Virus record (IMG/VR): IMGVR_UViG_3300033121_002101
Span: 96,001-160,000 of that record
Length of the DNA: 64,000 bases
Direction: 5' to 3' (one strand)
Source of the DNA: a virus
Lineage: Duplodnaviria; Caudoviricetes
Numbering within the stretch: the first letter of the stretch is position 1; every line of letters starts with the position of its first letter. The position numbers were made by a program, and so were the translations under genes. The notes beneath the pieces are model-generated. The model ran no database searches, was not told where the DNA came from, and worked only from the letters and a program-made list of their open reading frames with translations. Positions 6,673-16,198 of this stretch are shown piece by piece.

Positions 6673-9600
6673 ATGGCTAGCGGAGGAGGATTCGAAGGCG
6701 ATGTAGGTTATGTTTCCACAGAAATGAGGAAAATAGCCAGCTATTCACGTGATATCGCTAGAAATTTAGAAAAATCTTCTACTATGTTCGTTAGTTTTGA
6801 GAAAGCTGCTAATAAAGCAGAACTCAAAATGAATGACATTGCTCGTAGAATGGAAAGATTAAACGAGCTAGGTGACAAAGGCGGATTTGATAAATTAAGA
6901 AAATCGCTTAGAGGTCTTGCTTCAGAACGTGGTGTTTTTCGCATGCTTGATTCTCTTGACAAGGGAATATCAAAAGTAGCAGACGGCATTGCGAAAATGG
7001 GTACTGGTATAATCGCAGAAACATTTGACTTTCTTGTAAGTAGTATTAAGCGAGTATATGAACTACAAGAGCGCTGGACACGCGCTATCGGTGGATTCAA
7101 TATGCGTATTGGCGGTATGACATCTGGGCTCAAGCAAGCGCAGAGAGCTGCTACAGCATGGTCTGGAACAATACGTGGCCTTACTAATGGAGACATTAAT
7201 GAAGGTATACAGATGTTCGAAGAATTCACAATGGCAATGTCAAGAGTGGTGTCACAAGGCGATGCCATGTCAAAATTTGGCTTGCAATTAGCTAGAGGCT
7301 TCAACTTAAGCGGCGACGGAGCTGGTAGACTTGCTTCTACTTTCGAAGATATGGGGGCATCTGCTGACCAAGCTATATCAACAATGTCAGAATTGATTGA
7401 TGCAGCTAACCTTGTGAATGTGCCAGTAAACCAACTAGCATCAGATGTGCTCGAAGCAAATACGTACATGGCAAGATTTGGTAAAGACGGTGCAAAAGGG
7501 TTTGTAACTGCTGCTGGGTATGCAAGACGTTTTGCAATGTCAATGCGTGAATTGCAAGCAGCAACAGAAAAATTCGATTTATTTGACGATGCAGCAGTAA
7601 CTGCAAGCAAACTGAACTCGACATTTGGTACACTCATTAACTCAGTTGACTTGATGTTGATGGATGATCCTGCTCAAAGAATAGAATATTTGAGACAACA
7701 GTTCCTTGCTCAGGGAAAGACATTTGATACTCTTTCTGTTAAAGAGCGCAGATTTGCGTCAGAGACAATGGGTGTCAACGACCAGCAGCTTGCTGCTCTT
7801 CTTAACTTAAAAGATGCAAACGTGTCTTATATGGACATCGTTGCAAAACAAAAAGAAAAAGAAGCAACAGACAGAGAAGCAAAGAAAAGAATGGAAGTGC
7901 AGTTACGCAAGACTGCACAAACAATGTATGCATTTGGTGCTGCATTCGACAGAATAACACTTGCAATAGCGAAAGCAATTAGACCATTGCTTGAAGTACT
8001 TGGACTTGCAAAAGCAGGTGGAAAAGACTTTAAGTCTTTCGGTCAAGTGATGGAATCAATCACTCAGACAATTATTTCTTTCTTTGAAAGTTTAGCTGGC
8101 AATGATAAATGGCAACTGCTCATGCGCAAGCTTGCAATGGGAATGAGAGATGTTGGAAAAGCAGTATCAAGTTTTGTAATGAGTGGTAAAGCTGCAAAAT
8201 GGGCCGGTGAACTTGCTGGCGCTATGGCAGATGTTTATGACTATGGTAAAAAAGCATTAACGTTTATGATTGATGCTGGCCGCAGATTACAGCCAGTAAT
8301 AAGTTTTATTGCTGACCACGTTAAAGAAATTGCAATTGCATGGGCTGCTTGGCAAGGAGCAAAATTAGCTGGCGGTTTTGCACAAAATTTAAGATCTGTT
8401 AATGCTATGATTCCAAAATGGAATACAGGCAAAGTTGGAACAGGAGCAACAATAGCTGAAGTTTCTGCTAGACATGCTGGTGTTTTCTCTGGCGGTGGCG
8501 CAGGTGCAGCTACATCTGGTAATGGAATAAACTGGGCAACAGCAACAGGCAACCCGTTCAATCCAGATGAAATGGAATTGAATAAAATTTCAGTAGGTGG
8601 AAGAAGCGGAAGACTTAGAAGCGGATTGAAATTTGGTGCTGGTGTTGGATTAACAACTGCACTCGCAACAGCTGCATCTGGAGGTTCTGCTGGTGAAAGT
8701 ATTGGATCTGGTTTAGGATCAGGAGCTGGAACTGCACTTGGAATGGCGTTTGGTGGTCCTGTTGGTGCTGCAATAGGTGGTGCAATAGGAGAATTTGCTG
8801 GAAGAAGAATAGGGTCAATGCTTGGCTCTTTAATGCATGGTGGACAATCACCGCTTGAAAAAGCAAGAAAAGAACTTACAACTGCAAGTCAAGCTCTTTC
8901 ACGCAATCAAAAACTGCAAAATGATATTGTTGAAACAATAAATGCACGCCAACTTGCGCAAGATGCAAAGAGAGCTGCAGTAGACTCAACAATAAACACA
9001 TTAGAAAACAAAGCAATAAGAAACAAAGGATCTGTTAACAAACTAACAGCAGATGAAGCAAGAAGAATTAAAGACAGAGCTTCAGAGTTTGTTAGGATGG
9101 GAATAAATGTAAGAGCAAACAACTCTGTAATTCAATCACTTACAAGTGGAACAAAATTAACAGATGCACAGTTAAGACAGTTAAGATCATCAACTGAAAC
9201 GTATAACACAAAACTTGAAGAGTTACGTCAAATAACACAGCGTGAACTTCAAATAAAGATGTCTGAACTTGAAGCAAGTCAACTTGCACAAAAGAAATCT
9301 GTTATTGAAGATCAAGTAAACCAAAAGAAAATAGAATTAGACAGAGAAAAAAATGCAGCGGCTGACATTAAATCAGGAGCTGTGACAAAAAGCTTTTCGA
9401 ACCTTGATGAAGAATTTGTCAAGTTTGTTGAAAAATCAAATCTTGGAATGGTTTCGAAAAGCAACTTGATGTCAAAGTATGGAGCAAGTAAGAAATACTC
9501 AACAGAAGAAGTAATTGCAAACATGAGTGATTCAGCTAGAAAAGCAGCTGAAAAAGATTTTGCAGTGTCAATGCAGAGAGAAAAAATAAACAAGCTTGAA

Positions 9601-10101
9601 CTTGATTTGAACAAAAGACAAAAGGATCTAGTTGACTTGACTGCAAATTTTGAGCACCAAAAGTTCATAATCTTTGCAAGAAGTGCAATCATGTCAGATT
9701 CAAGATACGCCGAATACCGCAATGCAAATGCAGGTAAATCAGAAAAAGATTTATTTAAAACGTTCTTAGAATCAAACACAGACGAGTTTAAGTCACTATA
9801 TGGCTCTGAGAATTTCTCTGAACTTCTTAGTGGAAGAGTTGCAATGGCTTCTGGTGGAATAGTGAGAGGTCCAACTCGTGCTCTTATTGGTGAGTCTGGT
9901 CCAGAAGCAGTAATTCCTCTTAGAGCAGTCGCAAAAAGTAGACTAGGAAAAGCGCTTGGTTTAAGCTCAAGTGGCCGCAGGAATATGGCTGGAAGCTCTG
10001 GAAACACAAGCATACACGTTGTAAGCAGTGATGTTGTTCTTGACGGAACAAAAGTTGGGCGTGCAATCACAAGAGTCGCGCTATCTAGTCCAGGTGCATG
10101 A
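6673..10101 (+). CDS. Tail tape measure protein
   Basis: 1142 aa helical Ala/Gly-rich; GxGxGxAxG glycine zipper; C-terminal MASGGIVRGPTRALIGESGPEAVIPL and LDGTKVG motifs. Confidence 0.85.
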   Translation: MASGGGFEGDVGYVSTEMRKIASYSRDIARNLEKSSTMFVSFEKAANKAELKMNDIARRMERLNELGDKGGFDKLRKSLRGLASERGVFRMLDSLDKGISKVADGIAKMGTGIIAETFDFLVSSIKRVYELQERWTRAIGGFNMRIGGMTSGLKQAQRAATAWSGTIRGLTNGDINEGIQMFEEFTMAMSRVVSQGDAMSKFGLQLARGFNLSGDGAGRLASTFEDMGASADQAISTMSELIDAANLVNVPVNQLASDVLEANTYMARFGKDGAKGFVTAAGYARRFAMSMRELQAATEKFDLFDDAAVTASKLNSTFGTLINSVDLMLMDDPAQRIEYLRQQFLAQGKTFDTLSVKERRFASETMGVNDQQLAALLNLKDANVSYMDIVAKQKEKEATDREAKKRMEVQLRKTAQTMYAFGAAFDRITLAIAKAIRPLLEVLGLAKAGGKDFKSFGQVMESITQTIISFFESLAGNDKWQLLMRKLAMGMRDVGKAVSSFVMSGKAAKWAGELAGAMADVYDYGKKALTFMIDAGRRLQPVISFIADHVKEIAIAWAAWQGAKLAGGFAQNLRSVNAMIPKWNTGKVGTGATIAEVSARHAGVFSGGGAGAATSGNGINWATATGNPFNPDEMELNKISVGGRSGRLRSGLKFGAGVGLTTALATAASGGSAGESIGSGLGSGAGTALGMAFGGPVGAAIGGAIGEFAGRRIGSMLGSLMHGGQSPLEKARKELTTASQALSRNQKLQNDIVETINARQLAQDAKRAAVDSTINTLENKAIRNKGSVNKLTADEARRIKDRASEFVRMGINVRANNSVIQSLTSGTKLTDAQLRQLRSSTETYNTKLEELRQITQRELQIKMSELEASQLAQKKSVIEDQVNQKKIELDREKNAAADIKSGAVTKSFSNLDEEFVKFVEKSNLGMVSKSNLMSKYGASKKYSTEEVIANMSDSARKAAEKDFAVSMQREKINKLELDLNKRQKDLVDLTANFEHQKFIIFARSAIMSDSRYAEYRNANAGKSEKDLFKTFLESNTDEFKSLYGSENFSELLSGRVAMASGGIVRGPTRALIGESGPEAVIPLRAVAKSRLGKALGLSSSGRRNMAGSSGNTSIHVVSSDVVLDGTKVGRAITRVALSSPGA

Positions 10102-12071
10102 TGGAAGATATTAAATTTAACCAACCAACAAGTCATAATCCAGATGGTGTTATAGGAGATACTGTAGATGAAGTTTCATCTCCATTTTCACAACCACCTT
10201 TGTATACACCAACAACCCATGAAAGTGATTTTGTTGAACCAGTAAGACATGATCCAGATCTTGTCGTTGGTGATACACTCAATGAAGTTAACAGCACATT
10301 TGCAGAACCTATACATCACGATCCGTCTCTTGTAATAGGAGATGTAATTTCAGAAGTTGAAATAATTCCTGGAATAACTGCTCCGCCCCCGCCGTTTAAT
10401 CCAAGTGATGTCCAACTTCCAGTACCTCATAATCCAACTGGCGTTATTGGTGATGATATAAGTGAGGTACAGGTATTAACCACGATTACGCCTGTGCATC
10501 CACCGTTCACACCAAGTGACGTACAGGTACCACCACCATATACACCACCTACACAAGTTGAAGTCCCCGTACTCACACCACCGGGACCACGACCAATACA
10601 AGAAATTCCGCAAAATGCTTTAGATCAAGCAAACTCATCTCAGCATATTCCAAAGACAATACAAGAAATACTTGCTGACCTTAAAAGTAAAGATGAAAAG
10701 CTAGAAGCAAGAGTTGCTGGATTAGATAGAGAATCTTTTTTCAACTCTCTGGGTGGACCAATAGGTGCAGCGGGTGGTCATGCACTTGACATAACAGCAA
10801 CAGCAAGATATGTTGAAAATTATGTAAAAGCTGCTGGTCCATCAGGAGTCGCTACATTTGTAGCAATACAAACAGCATTGCACAGAATGAATTCAAAGTA
10901 CGGCAAAGTGTTTAACCCACTTTACATTGCAACACTTGTTGGACCAAGCAGCTTTGCAAAAATAGCTTTAGATGTCGATGATTCAATTCATACAAGAATG
11001 ACATCTATAGAAGATGAACTTGCAGTGACACAAGCTCTTGCTGGTAAAGATGAATTTTCAAAGCAAGAAAATAACAACACATATGGTCCATCAAACAAAT
11101 ATTCAGAAGATTCAGTTCTGCTCAACGGACCATTTGTTGACTTGGCACTAGGTGGAATAAATGATCCACAAGGAGCAGCTATTGTTCAATCTATTTCAGA
11201 AAACGTCGACTATGGAAATGGTCTTAAAAGAAGACAGATAGACATGTCAAAGATGTTTGACAGAAGAACTGGAAAACTATTACCAAAATTCGCCGCCGGT
11301 TCAAACTCTAGAAAAAGTTCAACTGAAAATCAAAAGTTGATTAGATCTGCATTTAACTGGCAGGGATCAAAAGGTGTAATCCCAACAGCTTTTAACGTTG
11401 AAGATGAAGTATATGGAAATGTAAAAGACGAATTGGATGATGACGAAGTTTACATGCCATTCATGCTTCAAGATTTAAGACCAGACCCAAATGGTGATAC
11501 TAGAAAAGTTTATCTGAGAGCATTAAACATTCAAACAAACGAAAGCTTTTCTCCAAACTGGAATGAAGAAGAAGCATTTGGAAGAGTTGACCCGATAATG
11601 GGATATAAGTCTACTGGCAGAAGCATTGACTTGTCTTTTGCGATTAGGGCTTTTTCACCAGAAGATTTAAAAGTTTTATTGATGAAAAAGCACTGGATAA
11701 CATCAATGGTTTATCCATCTATCAGAGACGATTTAACAATGTCATCTGGGCCAATAGTAAGATTAAGATTGGGTGACCTCTACAATAACAATAGAGGTGG
11801 ATTACCAGGAATTATTAAATCGCTAGATTTTGATTACAATGAACAAATCTGGGAATTAAAGAGCGGATATAAAGTTCCGCACGGCTTTAATGTCAATATA
11901 AGCTTTCAAGTATTGCATGAAGCTACTCCAGGAATTAATAATGGAAGCTTTACAGCAGTAAGAGCAAGTATACCGCAAAGATCACAATCAGATCCATCTC
12001 GTTTTGATCCTATTGTAACTGAAATAGACGATGGATTATTTAGTGCTGTTAAGATTCCTAGGAGGAAATGA
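10098..12071 (+). CDS. Tail tube initiator/baseplate protein (gp48/gp54-like C-terminus) with Pro-rich repeat N-terminus
   Basis: C-terminal FSPNWNEEEAFGRVDPIMGYKSTGRSIDLSF...PIVRLRLGDLY; follows tape measure. Confidence 0.65.
   Translation: MMEDIKFNQPTSHNPDGVIGDTVDEVSSPFSQPPLYTPTTHESDFVEPVRHDPDLVVGDTLNEVNSTFAEPIHHDPSLVIGDVISEVEIIPGITAPPPPFNPSDVQLPVPHNPTGVIGDDISEVQVLTTITPVHPPFTPSDVQVPPPYTPPTQVEVPVLTPPGPRPIQEIPQNALDQANSSQHIPKTIQEILADLKSKDEKLEARVAGLDRESFFNSLGGPIGAAGGHALDITATARYVENYVKAAGPSGVATFVAIQTALHRMNSKYGKVFNPLYIATLVGPSSFAKIALDVDDSIHTRMTSIEDELAVTQALAGKDEFSKQENNNTYGPSNKYSEDSVLLNGPFVDLALGGINDPQGAAIVQSISENVDYGNGLKRRQIDMSKMFDRRTGKLLPKFAAGSNSRKSSTENQKLIRSAFNWQGSKGVIPTAFNVEDEVYGNVKDELDDDEVYMPFMLQDLRPDPNGDTRKVYLRALNIQTNESFSPNWNEEEAFGRVDPIMGYKSTGRSIDLSFAIRAFSPEDLKVLLMKKHWITSMVYPSIRDDLTMSSGPIVRLRLGDLYNNNRGGLPGIIKSLDFDYNEQIWELKSGYKVPHGFNVNISFQVLHEATPGINNGSFTAVRASIPQRSQSDPSRFDPIVTEIDDGLFSAVKIPRRK
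10134..10545 (+). repeat. Four H(N/D)PxxV(I/V)GDxxxEV peptide repeats with Pro-rich linkers
   Basis: HNPDGVIGDTVDEV, HDPDLVVGDTLNEV, HDPSLVIGDVISEV, HNPTGVIGDDISEV. Confidence 0.75.
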
Positions 12072-12370
12072 TGGCTAGATCAAGATATTCAAATACAAGA
12101 ATTATTGATGGACATCATTATGCAACATGGAGAAATCCTGTTGCTGAACGAATGGATGGAGATATTTTAGAGGGCGTAAAAACATTTGATTATACATTCT
12201 CCATCGGAGATCGTCTTGACATACTTGCAGCAAAGTACCTTGGTGATGACAGATATTATTGGATCATTGCACTTGTAAACAATATAATTTGGCCGCTTGG
12301 AATAGAACCGGGAACTACTTTAAGAATACCAAAAGACGTTACACAAGTTTTAGAAAAATTACAGAGGTGA
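12068..12370 (+). CDS. Baseplate wedge gp53-like/LysM-like protein
   Basis: GDRLDILAAKYLGDDRYYWIIALVNNI...PGTTLRIP. Confidence 0.85.
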   Translation: MMARSRYSNTRIIDGHHYATWRNPVAERMDGDILEGVKTFDYTFSIGDRLDILAAKYLGDDRYYWIIALVNNIIWPLGIEPGTTLRIPKDVTQVLEKLQR

Positions 12371-12373
12371 TTC

Positions 12374-14146
12374 TTGTCATTCAAAAGAGGTGATTATCGT
12401 CCGTTCGTACGAGCTTCTATTTCAGCTCTTGATCAACTGCAAGCTGCTTCAAACGTTGAAATAGCAGCTTCTATTCCGTTTATTGATATTCGTCAAGTAA
12501 ATCAATTCACTGGTGAAATAATCGGTGAAAACATAATGAAAGAATTACTTTCTCCAGCAGACATTTCTGACGGTGTAAAGCAAACTTTCCAAGAAAGACC
12601 GCTTGTTGCAATGACATCACTTGAAGTCAAAACAGAGCAACAATATGGTTATGCATATAACACAATTGTCAACATGGAATTTACTGTTTATAGACCAGAT
12701 GTAGTTTTTTCTACAGATGAGTACAGTGCGTGGAGAGAATTGTTAGTTGAGGGAAATTGTTTCATATTGAGCTACGGTTGGGCAAGAAATTCTGCTATTT
12801 CAAATGATTTACTGAATGGCATTGGTTTTTATGATAAAGACACTGGTTTGCTTGTGCAAAGTAAAACATCTTTGTTAATAGCTATCGTAAAATATAGTGT
12901 TAGCATGGATCAAGCTGGAAATGTAAGATTCACAATGGAAGCTCGTACAATGGGAAACATTGGACTGAGACAAGTTTCTTTGATGCAAGAGTTAGTTGAA
13001 GAGTTTTTATCTGAAAAAAGAGATTCAACAGCTCTTATAAACGCAATATCAGATAGTCCAATAAGCACAATTAAAAATGTTCTGACTTCAATAACAGATG
13101 ACTTAGATATCAAAGTAATAGAAGCAATTCAGCTTCGTGTTAAATCATTAGATGAAAGATTGGGTTTTGTAAAAGATAGAAGAAGATTTTTAAAGCTTGG
13201 TGACATATTCGATTCTTTGATAGCTCCAATAGTTGAAAGAATGTGTTTGAGAATTGGCTATAAGCGAGCAGATCTTTTTCTTGGAAACTTTAACAAAAGA
13301 GCTGGGAAAACATCTTCTGATCTAGGTTCGATTGAATTGTCTAGCAAATCTATAGCTGAATTTCCTGTTCCTGTAAAATTGTTAAGAGATACACTGTCTA
13401 ATATACACCTAAAAGGCAAATTAATGCGCGTCGAATCTTTAGTTGAAGCTTTGTTGTCTTTAACAAGAGGACAAGCAAGATGGTCATCATCGACAAGATT
13501 TGTTCCCGCACTTTTTCCAATTGCTCATGATGTGATTGAAGGTGATGGAAATGTTTTTAGATATGCAATAGCAGATTCATATGATGGGTCAGATGTATTT
13601 GATGATCCTGATACTGCAATACCAAGTGAGTCAATTACTAAAAGTGAAGTATTTGAAAAGTTAATTGGTCGTGGTGTTCCGATAATAGAACCTGGAAGAA
13701 TAAACTCTATTGTTAAAACACTTTCATTTGAGATAGAACCAGAACCACTGCAAAGATCAATTTTTGCAGAAAGGCAATTAAAAACAAGAAAAGACAGAAT
13801 TCAACTAGTTGAACAACCTGATCCAAATGGTCTTGCTGGCAGAGCAAACAGTAAAACCGTAATACCACTTGGTACACTGCAAGGTAGCATGTCGATGGTT
13901 GGTAATTTTATCTTCAATATGTTTTCTTACGTCTGGGTAGAGTTTTTTGGTGCATATCCGATAAGTGGAATATACAACATAAGAGATAGAACAGATAGAA
14001 TAGAATCTGGCGTTTTTACAACAACTATCGGTGTAATAAGCGAAGGTATAGATCCATTCAACACAAGAAGAAGGCTATCTGCTGTTGAACTTTCAAATGA
14101 AAGAAAAGTTGCCGATGAAAGAAGGCGCTTGGCGAAAAAACGATAA
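12374..14146 (+). CDS. Baseplate hub/tail protein (gp27/late-D-like)
   Basis: LSYGW motif; C-terminal SMVGN...ISGIYNI...RIESGVFTTTI; position in the tail module. Confidence 0.55.
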   Translation: MSFKRGDYRPFVRASISALDQLQAASNVEIAASIPFIDIRQVNQFTGEIIGENIMKELLSPADISDGVKQTFQERPLVAMTSLEVKTEQQYGYAYNTIVNMEFTVYRPDVVFSTDEYSAWRELLVEGNCFILSYGWARNSAISNDLLNGIGFYDKDTGLLVQSKTSLLIAIVKYSVSMDQAGNVRFTMEARTMGNIGLRQVSLMQELVEEFLSEKRDSTALINAISDSPISTIKNVLTSITDDLDIKVIEAIQLRVKSLDERLGFVKDRRRFLKLGDIFDSLIAPIVERMCLRIGYKRADLFLGNFNKRAGKTSSDLGSIELSSKSIAEFPVPVKLLRDTLSNIHLKGKLMRVESLVEALLSLTRGQARWSSSTRFVPALFPIAHDVIEGDGNVFRYAIADSYDGSDVFDDPDTAIPSESITKSEVFEKLIGRGVPIIEPGRINSIVKTLSFEIEPEPLQRSIFAERQLKTRKDRIQLVEQPDPNGLAGRANSKTVIPLGTLQGSMSMVGNFIFNMFSYVWVEFFGAYPISGIYNIRDRTDRIESGVFTTTIGVISEGIDPFNTRRRLSAVELSNERKVADERRRLAKKR

Positions 14147-14178
14147 TTCATTTATGTTATTATTAATTTCTAATAATA

Positions 14179-15282
14179 ATGGATGCCACATGCAGCGGAC
14201 AACTACCACCATCTAATAATAATAACGATATAGATTTAAGATTATTATTTGGTATATCTAAACAAGATTGTATATCTGAAATTTCTAATCTTATAGAAGA
14301 TAAGAAAGAATATATTGATCTCGTTTCACCTTTTTTAAAAGCTATAAAAACTTTAGAATTATCTAAAATAGAATGGAGAGGATTAGATCCTGAATCATTA
14401 ATGCCTAGAAAGTTTGTTTCTATGGTTTATGATGGTTTAAATCTAGCTTTAAGAAATAAAATAAAAGAAAAACAGATTGATGACGATTATAAAATAAATC
14501 AAAAGATATCAAAACTCTTTTCAAAGTCAGAGTGGGAAGGAATAATACTCGACATGAGTAGATTCTCACCTGAGTACAGGCAAGTAGTTGGTAAGCATTG
14601 TTTTGATGGCAAAAGAATACACCCGCAGATAAATGTCATTCCCAAAGAATCTACATCTAGAATGGGAACTAGAGGTGGATTTAATGTTATGGGATGGAAA
14701 AAATCTGAGCGTAATGCTTTGATTGCGCCTCCTGGATTTAAAATCTATTCAATAGACTTTAACGCAATGGATGTGCACAGCTTGGCTTCTCTTTTTCCAG
14801 AATCAAATTTATCATCTGTAATAGAGTTTGATGGAGATACATACAGTCAAATTTCAATTGAATTTGGTTTATCAGAAGACAGAAATTTGGTAAAATCAAC
14901 ATTCCTTCCAATCATTTATGGAGTTTCAAATAGCACACTATCTGAATCAACTGGAATAAAAGATTCAGACATTCAAAAAGTGCGTTTATTGATTAAACCA
15001 ATTCTTTCTAAAATGCCATGCGGAACTGACTTGGCTAGGCTAGTTCAAGAAACAAGTTCAATAGTTTTTAGAAAAACACTTGCAGATATTTCAGATAAGA
15101 TTTCAACATGTTGTACAGCTTTGTTTCCGATACACGATGAAATTATTTTCTTATCTCAGTCTGACAATGATATATTTAATATAGCAAATTGTATAGAACA
15201 AAGTGCAAAAGATATTTCAGGAAGTAGATATAAAACAAGGGTTTCTTCTGGCATTGATTTTGGTAATATGGTTAGATTATAA
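14179..15282 (+). CDS. Miniature family-A DNA polymerase-like protein
   Basis: Motif A SIDFNAMD, motif B RNLVKSTFLPIIYG, motif C FPIHDEI; TSRMG and ERNALIAPPG. Confidence 0.75.
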   Translation: MDATCSGQLPPSNNNNDIDLRLLFGISKQDCISEISNLIEDKKEYIDLVSPFLKAIKTLELSKIEWRGLDPESLMPRKFVSMVYDGLNLALRNKIKEKQIDDDYKINQKISKLFSKSEWEGIILDMSRFSPEYRQVVGKHCFDGKRIHPQINVIPKESTSRMGTRGGFNVMGWKKSERNALIAPPGFKIYSIDFNAMDVHSLASLFPESNLSSVIEFDGDTYSQISIEFGLSEDRNLVKSTFLPIIYGVSNSTLSESTGIKDSDIQKVRLLIKPILSKMPCGTDLARLVQETSSIVFRKTLADISDKISTCCTALFPIHDEIIFLSQSDNDIFNIANCIEQSAKDISGSRYKTRVSSGIDFGNMVRL

Positions 15283-15342
15283 TAAAAGTGTCTAATTTGC
15301 TATCTCTGAGACAACCACATTGACTTACATCATAACTATCAC

Positions 15343-15813
15343 ATGGCGATCCGTCCCTATTTAAGAGTAACAGAAGCTAAAGATGGAAGTGGAAGACAAA
15401 CGTTTAGCATTTCTTCTGCTTTTCTTCAAGAAATTATAAAAGAAGTCCTCGAAGAAGAGGAAAAAGAAGATAAACAGGAACCAGAGAAAAAACAAGCAAA
15501 AAAAACTGTTGATGTAGTTGATTCAGACAGTTCTGAACCAGATGACGAAAACCCAGATGTCCCAGCACCAGAAGATAAAGAAATAGAATCTGATGCATAT
15601 GGTGAAGAAAGCAAACCTGGAGATAAACTTTCTAATGAACTTGTTGGTAAAACAGTTCAAAGTATGACAATGGAACCGAGTTCTAAGCTTTTACCAGGTG
15701 CTCAAGAAATTGTCTTAACGTTCAATGAAATAACAGATCCTCTCAGGATTTTAGTCGGAAAAACTGGCAAGGTAAGTTTTTTCTTTCGTAACTCTTTACA
15801 CAATCTAGTATGA
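15343..15813 (+). CDS. Hypothetical acidic protein, possibly virion-internal
   Basis: 156 aa; EIIKEVLEEEE motif, acidic linker. Confidence 0.6.
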   Translation: MAIRPYLRVTEAKDGSGRQTFSISSAFLQEIIKEVLEEEEKEDKQEPEKKQAKKTVDVVDSDSSEPDDENPDVPAPEDKEIESDAYGEESKPGDKLSNELVGKTVQSMTMEPSSKLLPGAQEIVLTFNEITDPLRILVGKTGKVSFFFRNSLHNLV

Positions 15814-15823
15814 GGTATTTGTT

Positions 15824-16198
15824 ATGAAAGATTTATTCTGGAGCAATATAGATAAGATAGCAGCATTCGCACTAACTGTTATTGGTGCAATGTATGGTAC
15901 TTGGAGAAAATTCAATGCAAGGATTGTTAAACTAGAGTCTGAAGATGGATTGAATAAATCTAAACTGAAAGATTCAAGACATGAAATCTCTGAATTGAAA
16001 ATTAGAATCGGTGTAATAGAAACAGAACATAAAAAATTTGAAACAACATTGCAAAATGCATTATCAAGAATAGACGCAAAGCTTGAAGCAATAAATGAGT
16101 TAAAAATCACAGTTGAAAGAAATGATGCTACACTTGCTGCTCTTCGCGATAATATGAAGGAGTTGAGGGATGACATTAAGACCCTCATACGAGATTGA
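15824..16198 (+). CDS. Single-TM coiled-coil protein (holin/XhlA-like topology)
   Basis: N-terminal hydrophobic helix IAAFALTVIGAMYGTW, then heptad repeats. Confidence 0.55.
   Translation: MKDLFWSNIDKIAAFALTVIGAMYGTWRKFNARIVKLESEDGLNKSKLKDSRHEISELKIRIGVIETEHKKFETTLQNALSRIDAKLEAINELKITVERNDATLAALRDNMKELRDDIKTLIRD

Noticed and set aside
6741-10136. Long minus-strand ORFs (6741-7637, 9312-10136; likewise 58817-59536, 60380-61063)
   Set aside because: Antisense shadows of well-supported plus-strand genes, with no recognisable motifs.
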